A DNA stretch of 57,538 nucleotides from Acidobacteriota bacterium (GCA_036507075.1 DASXQR010000124.1:1-57538), one strand, 5' to 3'. Shown: positions 38,548-47,901, counted from the first letter of the stretch. A program made the numbers and translations. The notes: a model not told the origin generated them from the sequence alone.

Positions 38548-41500
38548 CTAGTAGTCACGCTTCACAATTCGAGTATTGTACTTCGCCAGCAGCGGATTTG
38601 TTCGGAATCGGGAAACGTCGGGGTAACTTTTCATACCATGAAAAGGCAGGGGGCCCACCGAGTCAGGGCGCGCCGAGTGAATGTCCATGTCCTTTCCAAA
38701 ACCGTCCGCGTAAATCAAAAAGTCTCTTTTCCAGCCTTGCCGCAGCGGCGGCAGCGCCGATGCGTCAAAGTCGAGCCGGATTTCATCGCCGTGGAGCATC
38801 ACGACGGGGGCATCATCTCTGTTTCTGAGCAACTCGCCCACTTCCCCGTAACGGGTAAAAGCTCCGCTGTGCGATTTCCAGTCAGCAAACGGTGTCGCCA
38901 GACTGTAGTAATAGGTGGACGGATTTCGTCCATCGGGCGAATCCGATGCCGGATAGCCTTTCCAGCCAAGGCGCGCCTGCCGCAACGGAAGCTGCCGATC
39001 GCTGTGCGAAGGCGTGCTCCGGTCGCCAATCAGGATCTGGTCCCAGTAAATGCGCATGCTCGTTACAATCCGCACTTCCCGCGAGTCGCTCAGAAACCTG
39101 CCATCCAGATCCACTATCATGGTTTTTGGCAGTCCTGCGGGAAAACCCATCTGCTGGATCACCGTCTTCCACTCGCCCTTGCCGTCGCGCACCTGCAGCA
39201 GGGGTGGAAGAAGCTTCAGGCCGGCCTGTGACGCGGCCAGATTGGAAGTGGAGTCTGCGTAATCGATCCACGCATGCATCATCAGAAACGGATGACGGGC
39301 GCGATCCCCGATGTCGAAAACAATGGCGTGTTCTTCGGCGTACCCTTTTGGGCTCAGGTTTCGGAACCCCGTGACATAAGTTCTATCGATTCGGGAAATC
39401 TCCGGCAGTATATCGCGGCCTTTATCGTCGCGCGCGCTCACCGGCAGCCAGGTTTGATTTGAAAAATACAGCTTCTTTTCGGGGAAAGGAGGTCCGGGCA
39501 TGAGCCGTTCATTGGGGAACATCACCCAGCCCTGCGGGTAGTCCACGGCATAGAGCGCCGCCTTGTCGATCATGATCACTTCTTCCAGTTGATCATTCAT
39601 CGTGAAGGAAAGCGTGCCGTTTCGGATCTGAGGGACTGAGCCGTCGATCTTTATGTATTCATCAGTGTCCGGCACGTTGTAGTGACCCGGCCCCAGCAGG
39701 TACCCCAGCGCGCTTCCGCCAAGAAAATCTGTAATAAAGCGGTAGTTCCGTCCATCCCAGACATACAGAAGGGGGCAGGAAGTCCCCTTGCGATCCAGCT
39801 CGCGAATGGTGTGGGTCTTGTCGACGGCAAGTGAAATCTCCGACTGCAGAACCCCGGTGGGCCACAAAAAGCGCACCACGTCGACGCTCGTCTGCCGGCC
39901 GGCGCCGAAATGCAGCGTCAGCGGCTGGATGGCGAGGGCGCCGGCAGTAGAAACCAGCTCTTTTTTGAAAATGCGACCGCCCGTCTTGATTTCAACTTTG
40001 GTGCCAAGCGCGAGCTTGCTGTCATTGACTCCGACTTGGAGGATATCAATCCAGTGGTTCTTATTGCCGCCGTCATTCCGGAGCAGACGCGGCTCTGCGC
40101 CGGCAATGAACAGATCCAGATCTCCGTCGCCATCCCAGTCTCCCGCGGCGATGGCGCTGCCGGGCACGCGAAGGCTTTGGCCGAAAACGACGCCGGTTAC
40201 ATCGGAGAACTTTCCATCACCGTCATTGCGAAACAGGCGCGCGGAGCGAGTTTCCTGCTCAATGGCAAACACGTCTTCGTCGCCGTCGTTGTCGTAGTCG
40301 ACAAAAGCGGCGCTGGCGAGGGCCTTGTCACAGGGAAGGGGAGCGGCGGTTAAAACCGCGTTGCGGTTGATCCACAGCGTCTCGGAAGCATTCCTTCCTC
40401 CGACCAGAAAATCCATGTACCCGTCGCCATTCACGTCGCCGGCGACAAGAGAACGAGCGGCGCCGGAAATCCGCGCCAGGCGCGTAATGTCGGCAAACGC
40501 GTTCGTCCGGAGATTGCTGTAGATACGAATTTCTCCGGGCCCGCCCAGCAGAAAATCAACATCACGCGAATTGTTGACGTCCGAAAAAACGATCGATGCG
40601 GCTGCTTCGATGGGCTGCAGCCCGGCCGCTTCCGAAATATCGCTGAATGCGCCGCTGCCGTTGTTGATCAAAAGAGCGGGGCGCTGCCGCCCGCGCGCCG
40701 TTACCAGAAGATCGAGATCTCCATCATGATCCACATCGGCAAAGGCGGCCGCCAGCGCCGGCCATTCTGTTTTTGCCTTGGTGGTCGACGTAACATCGGT
40801 GAATTTTCCCTCGCCTGCGTTGTGAAACATCCTGCCGCCGTCGGGCGTGCAGGCAAAAAAATCCGGTTTGCCGTCGTTGTCGAAATCACCCCAGGCAAGC
40901 GAGGACGCTCCTGACAAGGAGATCCCGGATGCCGGGGTGGCATCCTGAAGGCCCGAACCGGTGTTGCGCAGCAGGAACACATTCCCCGAGGAGTTGATGA
41001 AAACCAGGTCGATTCGTCCGTCTCCGTCCCAGTCAATCATGCCTCCGCCGGCCGGATTTCCCTTTTCGGCGCCGAAGGCGGGAAGTTTCAAATCTGCCGC
41101 CACGTCGCGGTACGCTACGTCGATCGGAGGCGCCGGAGCGACCTTTTCCAACTCGAGCGTGTCAATGGCAATCGAGTATTTACCCTGCTCCTGGTAGTCG
41201 CTTCCCACAGAAGATCCCGACCTGGCGCCCATCTTTTGCCGGAATAGAGCGAGCTCCTTTTCACCTTCCTCCCTCTTGCCGCTCCGGATCAGCGTGGTGC
41301 CCAGGTTGTAGCGCGCCGAGGTATTGTTGGGGTCGGCCTCCAGCGCGCGCCGGAAGTACTCGATGGCCGCATCATAGTTCTGCTGGCGCGCATGCAGCGT
41401 CCCCAGAAAGTAGAGCGTATGCGGATCGCGAGGATCCACTTCTTCCACTTTCTGAAGCTCTGCAATGGCTCCGGGCACGTTGTTTTCGTTGCGCAGCGCC

Positions 41501-41874
41501 AGCGCCTTCATGAAATGGGCATGCGCCAGGCGATTGTCAATGGCCAGCGCCTTCTGGAATTCCGCGCGCGCCGCCCCAAATTGAGAATTGTTGAAAAGCG
41601 CCAGACCGAGATTGAAGTGCGCTTGCGCCGAATCGGGCAAGCGCTTAATCACTTCCTGAAAGCGTTTGGCCGCTTCCCCGAATTCGTGCTGTTCCATAAA
41701 TGCGACGCCCAGATTATTCAACCGGACGGCTTCTTCCCTGCTCGCCTGCGTGGCACCCGCCGGACCTTGCAACGGCACAAGACCCAGCGGCGCCTCCCGA
41801 CCGCAGGCGCAAAGAAGCAACAAAAACAGCGGGCTGAACCGGATTCTGTCGAGCATTCGGATTCTGTTGGACAT
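38548..41874 (-). CDS. TPR + FG-GAP/VCBS + ASPIC/UnbV (CRTAC1-like) lipoprotein
   Basis: LLLLLCACG lipobox, ~5 TPRs, multiple DxDxDGxxD repeats, NHWI..ALGTKVEI..LHFGAG..WPTG, SCPLLYVWDG C-terminal domain; start at 41874 or 41856. Confidence 0.88.
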   Translation of the reverse strand: MSNRIRMLDRIRFSPLFLLLLCACGREAPLGLVPLQGPAGATQASREEAVRLNNLGVAFMEQHEFGEAAKRFQEVIKRLPDSAQAHFNLGLALFNNSQFGAARAEFQKALAIDNRLAHAHFMKALALRNENNVPGAIAELQKVEEVDPRDPHTLYFLGTLHARQQNYDAAIEYFRRALEADPNNTSARYNLGTTLIRSGKREEGEKELALFRQKMGARSGSSVGSDYQEQGKYSIAIDTLELEKVAPAPPIDVAYRDVAADLKLPAFGAEKGNPAGGGMIDWDGDGRIDLVFINSSGNVFLLRNTGSGLQDATPASGISLSGASSLAWGDFDNDGKPDFFACTPDGGRMFHNAGEGKFTDVTSTTKAKTEWPALAAAFADVDHDGDLDLLVTARGRQRPALLINNGSGAFSDISEAAGLQPIEAAASIVFSDVNNSRDVDFLLGGPGEIRIYSNLRTNAFADITRLARISGAARSLVAGDVNGDGYMDFLVGGRNASETLWINRNAVLTAAPLPCDKALASAAFVDYDNDGDEDVFAIEQETRSARLFRNDGDGKFSDVTGVVFGQSLRVPGSAIAAGDWDGDGDLDLFIAGAEPRLLRNDGGNKNHWIDILQVGVNDSKLALGTKVEIKTGGRIFKKELVSTAGALAIQPLTLHFGAGRQTSVDVVRFLWPTGVLQSEISLAVDKTHTIRELDRKGTSCPLLYVWDGRNYRFITDFLGGSALGYLLGPGHYNVPDTDEYIKIDGSVPQIRNGTLSFTMNDQLEEVIMIDKAALYAVDYPQGWVMFPNERLMPGPPFPEKKLYFSNQTWLPVSARDDKGRDILPEISRIDRTYVTGFRNLSPKGYAEEHAIVFDIGDRARHPFLMMHAWIDYADSTSNLAASQAGLKLLPPLLQVRDGKGEWKTVIQQMGFPAGLPKTMIVDLDGRFLSDSREVRIVTSMRIYWDQILIGDRSTPSHSDRQLPLRQARLGWKGYPASDSPDGRNPSTYYYSLATPFADWKSHSGAFTRYGEVGELLRNRDDAPVVMLHGDEIRLDFDASALPPLRQGWKRDFLIYADGFGKDMDIHSARPDSVGPLPFHGMKSYPDVSRFRTNPLLAKYNTRIVKRDY

Positions 41875-41952
41875 AAAGTAATTATTTTAACCCAAGCCAG
41901 GCTTCCCCCGGCTTCTGGTGCCCTAAACAAAACTTTTCACCACAGAGGCACC

Positions 41953-42204
41953 GAGGGATGGAGGGATGGAGGGATGGAGGGACGGAGGGATGGAGGGACG
42001 GAGGGATTGAGAGATTGAGGGATGAGAGATGGAGATTGAAGGATGGAGGGATGGAGAGATTGAAGGATGGAGAAAACCAAAGGACTGTGAGACCGTTGGG
42101 TGCCTGCAGAAGAGACAGTCACAGCGCTCTCTTCATGCCTCTATCCCTCTATCCCTCCATCCCTCCATCCCTCCATCCCTCCATCCCTCCGTCCCTCCAT
42201 CCCT
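41953..42204. repeat. Inverted octamer array (GGAGGGAT / ATCCCTCC) with conserved core, copy 1
   Basis: Tandem 8-mers on both sides of core 42084-42130; preceded by a CACCACAGAGGCAC nonamer-family end at ~41938. Confidence 0.92.
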
Positions 42205-42850
42205 ATTTCTTGGCCAGCAACGCTTCGCGCACACCGTTGCGGAGAAAGTAGAAATTCACCACGGCGAAGCGGTCCATCATTTTTACGATTTCGTTGTTGG
42301 TGAAATTGGGAGCGGTTCTCTGATTCTCGGGGTTGGAATCGTACTGCAGAGTGTTGGTATCGATGACACGGTAGATCAGCGGGACGTCAGGGATGGTCTT
42401 GGATGAGGAAAAGAAGGCTAGCAGCACTCCGCCCACCTTCATTTGAAGATAAAGCCGTCGCGCCAGCGTGTTTGCGTCCTTGGGAGGAAGGTAATTGAAC
42501 ACGTCCCACGCCAGGACGCCGTCGAAGCTGTTGTTTGGATAGGGGAAAACCCGATCCAGGAAACCTTCAAAGGAGAACCCCTGATCGGCAGTGGTGTCGC
42601 GGCGGGCCTGCCGGAGTTCTTCGAAGAAATCCTGGATGTAAACTTTATAGTTCCGGCCGCCCAGGTAGTTGATGTTCTCCTGCAGCGCCGGCCCCATCTC
42701 CAAAAGATGGACCTTTCCTCTGGTCTCAAGGCGGGCCAGGAACTCTTTCAGTCCCAGCGTCCTGTGCAGGTTTTCCTGTCCTTCGACCGGAGAGAGCTCC
42801 TGAGCTCCCTTCTTGAAGAAGCCTTTCAGCCCCGAAGGATTGGTTCCCAT
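42203..42850 (-). CDS. Class I SAM-dependent methyltransferase-like protein
   Basis: LLEMGPA, YPNNSFDGVLAWDVFNYL, MKVGGVLLAFF; ATG overlaps the bactofilin stop codon. Confidence 0.75.
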   Translation of the reverse strand: MGTNPSGLKGFFKKGAQELSPVEGQENLHRTLGLKEFLARLETRGKVHLLEMGPALQENINYLGGRNYKVYIQDFFEELRQARRDTTADQGFSFEGFLDRVFPYPNNSFDGVLAWDVFNYLPPKDANTLARRLYLQMKVGGVLLAFFSSSKTIPDVPLIYRVIDTNTLQYDSNPENQRTAPNFTNNEIVKMMDRFAVVNFYFLRNGVREALLAKK

Positions 42851-43356
42851 CAGCTAAATTCTAAATTGGTGCTTTTTTCCCGAGCGTCCGTTGAACCCAA
42901 CAAGCCCTTGCCGGCGTTGTCCTTGCCGCCGATCTTGGGGGCTTCCACATTCTTCTCCATGTCGATTGTGCCTTTGAAGCGCGCGCCGTCTTCCAATACC
43001 AGTCGTGGGGCCACAATGTTGCCGTTCAGTCGACCACTCTTTTTGATGATCAACCTTTCCGAAGCGTAGACGTCACCGCGAACATCTCCTTCAATGGTCA
43101 CTGTCTTGGCGTAGATCTCGGCGCGGATCCTGCTCTTTGGTCCGAGATGAAGATTGTTGTCCTTCAGATTGATCTTTCCTTCGATTTCGCCTTCGATTGC
43201 CAGATCTTCAGTCCCTTCAATATCGCCCTTGAAAAAGAGACTGGCTCCGATGTTGACAAAACCGTCGGCGGTTGGGCCTGCAAACGCCTTGTTTTCCATG
43301 GATGGCTCCGTTGTTATTTCCTGAGATGGGTATTTTGAATCCTTGCGGTCCCACAT
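42850..43356 (-). CDS. Bactofilin (polymer-forming cytoskeletal protein)
   Basis: NIGASLFFKGDIEGTEDLAIEGEIEGKI...IEGDVRGDV...LNGNIVAPRLVLEDGARFKGTIDM; AAGGAG RBS before ATG 43356. Confidence 0.92.
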   Translation of the reverse strand: MWDRKDSKYPSQEITTEPSMENKAFAGPTADGFVNIGASLFFKGDIEGTEDLAIEGEIEGKINLKDNNLHLGPKSRIRAEIYAKTVTIEGDVRGDVYASERLIIKKSGRLNGNIVAPRLVLEDGARFKGTIDMEKNVEAPKIGGKDNAGKGLLGSTDAREKSTNLEFS

Positions 43357-43469
43357 GGGAAATCGCTCCTTTGACATTAAATGAATACCCCATTGTACCA
43401 CCCATGAGTCAGCTCCGCAGTAGCAGCGGTTACAAACGAACTCACGGCGAGGATGGTAGTGGGAGCGGT

Positions 43470-43787
43470 GATGAAGGGTGATGAAGGGGACGAAAGGGTT
43501 ATGAAGGGGAACGGAAGGGTTATGAAGGGGACGGAAAAAGTTGTGAAGTGAATGGAGGCGTTAGAATGAGGTGAAAGCATTCTTAATTGTTGGCTTGGGC
43601 CTTGGCGGTTCAATTTTTCCTTGAACCACCAAGGCACCAAGCTACCAAACTTCTGTTCCTATTTTCCGATTTCACAACACCCTAATGCTTCATCCCCCTT
43701 CATTCCTTTCATAACCCTTCATTCCCTTTCATAACCCTTCATAATCCTTCATGACCCTTCATAACCCTTCATAACCCTTCATAACCC
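43470..43787. repeat. Inverted decamer array (GTTATGAAGG / CCTTCATAAC) enclosing a CTTGGTGCCTTGGTGGTT-family hairpin
   Basis: G-rich arm ~43470-43535, C-rich arm ~43688-43787, inner hairpin 43592-43643. Confidence 0.88.
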
Positions 43788-43814
43788 CAGAAGCTTGATC
43801 TAAACTGCCTGCTT

Positions 43815-44495
43815 ATGAATCCAGCACGACTAGCTGTCTGTCTGGTGTCGGGCGGAATGGATAGTTGCGTTACGGCGGCAATTGCGGCCCGCGAAAACGA
43901 GGCGCTCGCCTTTTTTCACGCCAGTTATGGGCAAAGAACGGAGAATCGCGAGCTGCGAGCGTTTCATAACATTGGAGACTTTTATGCCGTCTCGCTACGA
44001 CTGGCCTGCAGCCTGGCCCATCTGTCGCGCATCGGCGGATCCGCTCTCACCGATCCAAATATTCCTCTTCCGGAAGCAAAGCTGCATCGAACCGAGATTC
44101 CTGCTTCATACGTTCCGTTTCGAAACGCCAACATGTTGAGTGCCGCCATCGCCTGGAGCGAGGTACTGCACGCCCCGCGAATCTACGTCGGCGCCGTGGA
44201 GGAAGACAGTTCCGGCTATCCTGACTGCAGAGAAGAATTCTTCCAGGCGTTCCAGAAGGCGGCCAATCTGGGAACCCGACCTGAGACCCAAATTGAAATC
44301 CGCACTCCGTTGATCCATATGACCAAAGCGGAAATCGTGAAGAAGGGAGTGGGGCTTTCCGCGCCCCTGCACCTTTCCTGGTCCTGCTACCAGGGAGAAG
44401 ACCTGGCTTGCGGCCAATGTGACAGCTGCCTGCTGCGATTAAAAGGATTCCGCGAGGCGGGCATTCCCGATCCGATTCCGTACGGGCGTGAGTAG
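43815..44495 (+). CDS. queC: 7-cyano-7-deazaguanine synthase
   Basis: VSGGMDS, SYGQR, GGSALT, YVPFRN, GYPDCR, SWSCY, CGQCDSCLLR. Confidence 0.97.
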   Translation: MNPARLAVCLVSGGMDSCVTAAIAARENEALAFFHASYGQRTENRELRAFHNIGDFYAVSLRLACSLAHLSRIGGSALTDPNIPLPEAKLHRTEIPASYVPFRNANMLSAAIAWSEVLHAPRIYVGAVEEDSSGYPDCREEFFQAFQKAANLGTRPETQIEIRTPLIHMTKAEIVKKGVGLSAPLHLSWSCYQGEDLACGQCDSCLLRLKGFREAGIPDPIPYGRE

Positions 44496-44723
44496 AGATT
44501 GAGGGATGGAGGGATGGAGGGATGGAGGGATGGAGCGACGGAGATTGAAGTACTGAAAAACTGAAGCACTGTGAGACCGTTGGCTGCCTGTAGAAGAGAC
44601 AGTCGCAGCGCTCTATCTCTTCATGCCTCCATCCCTCAATCCCTCCATGCCTCCATCCCTCAATCCCTCTTTCCCTCCATCCCTCCATCCCTCCATCCCT
44701 CCATCCCTCTGCCCCTCTGTCCC
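44494..44723. repeat. Inverted octamer array with conserved core, copy 2
   Basis: (GGAGGGAT)n - core 44568-44614 - (ATCCCTCC)n fills the gap between two convergent stop codons. Confidence 0.92.
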
Positions 44724-44724
44724 G

Positions 44725-44925
44725 TCAGGCGTTCGGCGTTCGCTCCAGATGGCCGTCGATGGAAAGCAGGATGAAGTATATGGCCGTCAGAAATCCAAGC
44801 GCAGCCACAAACAGCCAGGCACGCGACGTGATAAAGATTCGATTATCCTGGATAATCGAAACAAAGCCGATCAGGGCCGCAACAAAAGACCCGAGTACCG
44901 CAACGTAGGAAATGTTCTTGAGCAT
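44725..44925 (-). CDS. Small hypothetical membrane protein (66 aa, 2 TM)
   Basis: ATG preceded by AAGGGGG; two hydrophobic segments; occupies otherwise empty space. Confidence 0.65.
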   Translation of the reverse strand: MLKNISYVAVLGSFVAALIGFVSIIQDNRIFITSRAWLFVAALGFLTAIYFILLSIDGHLERTPNA

Positions 44926-44949
44926 GGAAACCCCCTTACAAGTGGACAG

Positions 44950-44996
44950 TTTTCAGAAGCAAGATTTACCAGTTTTTCAGAAGCAAGATTTACCAG
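44950..44996. repeat. Tandem duplication (23 bp, 24-nt period)
   Basis: TTTTCAGAAGCAAGATTTACCAG at 44950-44972 and 44974-44996. Confidence 0.85.
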
Positions 44997-45022
44997 CCGG
45001 GTCGAATCGACCCGCACGGGCA

Positions 45023-46408
45023 TCAGTGATTTCGGTGCCCGGCTCGCTCCCGCGGGGACAAATCCACCTTCCAAAAGGGGCTGAAGCTGTCAAGATTGGT
45101 CTTTGCAAGACCCGGGCTTCCGCTCGAATTCTCCGAATCCAGTGTGAAGCTGAGAAAAGCGATGCACATTTCATCGCTTGTGTTCTCGCCCCAGCCCACG
45201 TCCTTGGGTGGATTGTTGGGATTGTTGGGATTAGTGGCAGAATTATCGAAGTGCGCTATCAGATCGAAACGCGTCCCTGCCTTGAGCGCAATCGGCTCTT
45301 GATAAAAATAGGTGGACTGCCAATGGAAATCCCAATCGGGGACGTCCGCCAGACAGACCTTCTTTCCATCCAGGGTCGTGGCTGTTACGCTCATCGTCCG
45401 CCCCAAAAGATGCATGTGGGGAGTGATCGCATGCAGGTGGACATCATAGGGCAGGAACTTAAATGAAGCCGTCACAGGATGGTTTTTCGCACCTGCAGGG
45501 ATTTTGAAATTCAGGTTGATAAGGGGCAGCGTCAACAGTGTTTTCTGCACCGGCTTTTGGGCAAAGTAAAGACCGATTTCCGTTCGATCGGCTTCGACCA
45601 CGCCGCTGCGCGCGCTGTAGTGCACCTGCATTACGATGCGTGAGTTCTTGGGCAGAAACAGGCCGATGCCGTCAGGTAAAAACTTCGTCTTGTTTCCCGG
45701 CGCCCATCCACCCAAGGCATACAAAAAGGTGAATCCGGGACCCCCAAAGCACGTGTAGCCGGGGCCGGGATCCGCATTGTCCAGACGCACCGATTCCATG
45801 GTGGTATCGATGAACAGGAGCACGTGATGAACCATGGCGCGGCTTCCGGGAAGAATTTCAACCGCGCTGACATAGCGGTTCTCTCCCAGATTGGTGGGAA
45901 ATACGAAACACCGATAGACATCCCCCTTGGAAAAGTTGGGCGTCATCGGTTCTTCCATTTTGAAAGTCATGTCCGGCTGGCCCAGAGACCAACCGCTGGC
46001 AAACTTGAGCGGGGGCGGCAAATCGCCTGGGTTGCCCTCGGGAGCTTCCGAGTCCACCCACTGGCGAATGGCGTGCAGTTGCTCGCCCGTCAGCGAAGGA
46101 TCATCCTGAAAACCGCCGCACTCTGAATTAACATGCCAGGGAGGCATTATTCGATCTGTGGTAATGCTCCGGATCTGATTACGCCGGTTGTAGGCGTCCT
46201 GGTAGGTGATAAGCGAAAAAGGTGCGATATCGCCCGGATGGTGGCAGGACTGGCAGCGGTCCTGCAGGATACGGACGATCTGTTTGTTAAAAGTCACGGG
46301 TTCTTCGTTTTCCACAGTAACCGGCCGCCGGAAGGAACCCTGCTGCGCCCACGCAAGCATGCCCGCAATTATTGAAAAAGCTGCAATAATCCCCGCCTTT
46401 GCCTTCAT
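45023..46408 (-). CDS. Exported type II copper monooxygenase-like (PHM/DBH fold) protein with N-terminal c-type heme motif
   Basis: Signal peptide; CQSCH..MPPW; VHHVLL and QVHY (CuH-like); PHMHLLG and DEMC (CuM-like); GGGAG RBS and TATAAT upstream. Confidence 0.82.
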   Translation of the reverse strand: MKAKAGIIAAFSIIAGMLAWAQQGSFRRPVTVENEEPVTFNKQIVRILQDRCQSCHHPGDIAPFSLITYQDAYNRRNQIRSITTDRIMPPWHVNSECGGFQDDPSLTGEQLHAIRQWVDSEAPEGNPGDLPPPLKFASGWSLGQPDMTFKMEEPMTPNFSKGDVYRCFVFPTNLGENRYVSAVEILPGSRAMVHHVLLFIDTTMESVRLDNADPGPGYTCFGGPGFTFLYALGGWAPGNKTKFLPDGIGLFLPKNSRIVMQVHYSARSGVVEADRTEIGLYFAQKPVQKTLLTLPLINLNFKIPAGAKNHPVTASFKFLPYDVHLHAITPHMHLLGRTMSVTATTLDGKKVCLADVPDWDFHWQSTYFYQEPIALKAGTRFDLIAHFDNSATNPNNPNNPPKDVGWGENTSDEMCIAFLSFTLDSENSSGSPGLAKTNLDSFSPFWKVDLSPRERAGHRNH

Positions 46409-46483
46409 GGAATTACTCCCCGCTCTGGCCATTATACGAGTGCCGGCGGCCGTTGGGTGCACGAAAAGTAACCACCACGATTC

Positions 46484-46606
46484 AGGGATGGAGAGATCGA
46501 GGGATGGAGAGATGGTCGAGATAGCCCGCTCCGCTCTTTACGTTTTTCCCTCCATCCCTCCGTCCCTCCATCCCTCAATCCCTCTATCCCTCTATCCCTC
46601 CATCCC
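46484..46606. repeat. Inverted octamer array, copy 3 (different core)
   Basis: AGGGATGGAGAGATCGAGGGATGG...(ATCCCTCC/ATCCCTCT)n; overlaps the last codons and stop of trpD. Confidence 0.85.
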
Positions 46607-47686
46607 ACTCTCACCCGCAGCCTTCTGGCTGAATGAGACCAGCGCATCGAGCTTCCCCCTGGCCGTGCCTGTATCGATCGCCTCGGCGGCAAGCCGTACG
46701 CCCTCCTTAAAATCGCGGGCGCGATTTGCCGCCACGATTGCGGCGGCCGCGTTCATCAGGACGATGTCGCGCCTGGCTCCCTTCTCTCCATGAAGAATGC
46801 GAACAACCAGATCGGCGTTTTCGCGCGCCGTGCCACCCTTCAGATCTTTGACGTCCGACCTGGCCAGAGAAAAGTCCTCCGGAGTTACTTGATACGTCCG
46901 GACGCTGCCATCGGAGACTTCCGATACCCGGGTGGTGCCGGTGTTGGAGATTTCGTCCAATCCGTCAGCCCCATGAACCACAAAAGCCCGCTGCGTTCCC
47001 AATTCCTTCAGCACATGCGCCAGAGGCTCGGTCAACTGCGGAGCATACACTCCCACCACCTGTGAAGAAGCGCCGGCCGGGTTGGTAAGCGGGCCGAGCA
47101 TATTGAACACGGTTCGGATCTTCATTTCGCGGCGCACCGGCATGACCGCTTTCATGGCGCGGTGAAGCAGGGGCGCATACAGAAACCCGATCCCTACCTC
47201 GTCAATGCAGCGAGCCACCAGCCATGGCGCAAGCTGAATGTTGATTCCCAGGGCTTCCACCACGTCAGCGCTGCCGCACAAACTGGAAACGGAACGGTTG
47301 CCATGCTTGGCTACGCGCAGGCCCGCTCCCGCCGCCACAAATGCCGTGGCGGTGGAGATGTTGAAAGTATTGCTGGCATCTCCGCCCGTTCCGCAGGTAT
47401 CAACCAGCATCTCGCGGCCGGTTCCGGCGATGGCAGCACCCACTTCCTTATGCGGCCAGATGGGAGCGGCCCGGCCGCGAATTACCTGCGCAAAGCCGAT
47501 GAGTTCTTCTACCGTTTCCCCTTTAATTCGCAGCGCGGTCAAAAAGGCCGCGATTTGCACGTCGTGGGCGTTGCCCGACATGATGTCTTCCATAACCGAC
47601 TGGGCTTCCTCACGGCTTAGACTTTGACGGTCCACCAACTTGCGGAGCGCAGCTTCAACCAGGGCGGAGTGAACGGAATCTGCCAT
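46592..47686 (-). CDS. trpD: Anthranilate phosphoribosyltransferase (stand-alone copy)
   Basis: DTCGTGGD, FNISTA, KHGNRSVSSLCGSADV, RTVFNMLGPLTNP, GLDEIS; start approximate. Confidence 0.95.
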   Translation of the reverse strand: MADSVHSALVEAALRKLVDRQSLSREEAQSVMEDIMSGNAHDVQIAAFLTALRIKGETVEELIGFAQVIRGRAAPIWPHKEVGAAIAGTGREMLVDTCGTGGDASNTFNISTATAFVAAGAGLRVAKHGNRSVSSLCGSADVVEALGINIQLAPWLVARCIDEVGIGFLYAPLLHRAMKAVMPVRREMKIRTVFNMLGPLTNPAGASSQVVGVYAPQLTEPLAHVLKELGTQRAFVVHGADGLDEISNTGTTRVSEVSDGSVRTYQVTPEDFSLARSDVKDLKGGTARENADLVVRILHGEKGARRDIVLMNAAAAIVAANRARDFKEGVRLAAEAIDTGTARGKLDALVSFSQKAAGESGMEG

Positions 47687-47737
47687 GGGGAGTGATGTTA
47701 CCACCCGCGAGGGGGAGAGCGGGAGCATCGTGAGATC

Positions 47738-47839
47738 CGAATGCCGAATGCGGAATGGGGAATGCGGAATGAAGCGCGATTTTGCTTCAGATTTGGACAA
47801 TTAAGTTAGTATGTTCCGCATTCTGCATTCCGCATTCGG
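47738..47839. repeat. Inverted heptamer array (GCGGAAT / ATTCCGC)
   Basis: CCGAATGCCGAATGCGGAATGGGGAATGCGGAAT ... TTCCGCATTCTGCATTCCGCATTCGG. Confidence 0.9.
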
Positions 47840-47859
47840 AAGTCGGCGAGGCTTCCCCA

Positions 47860-47889
47860 TTGACTTCAAAACGCGCCCTGTAGTAGCTT
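47860..47889 (+). promoter_or_regulatory. Candidate sigma70 promoter of the his/trp/aro operon
   Basis: TTGACT (47860-47865) - 18 nt - TAGCTT (47884-47889) just upstream of the leader ORF. Confidence 0.55.
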
Positions 47890-47901
47890 TACCCCGTCAC
47901 G

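Noticed and set aside
41937..42406. ORFs with PSIPPSLH / EGWRDGG repeats (also 44047-45084)
   Set aside because: Translations of the octamer arrays; no evidence of coding beyond the repeat.
43645..43814. preQ1 riboswitch upstream of queC
   Set aside because: No recognisable preQ1-I stem with A-rich tail by eye; the region is decamer repeat. An Rfam scan would be decisive.
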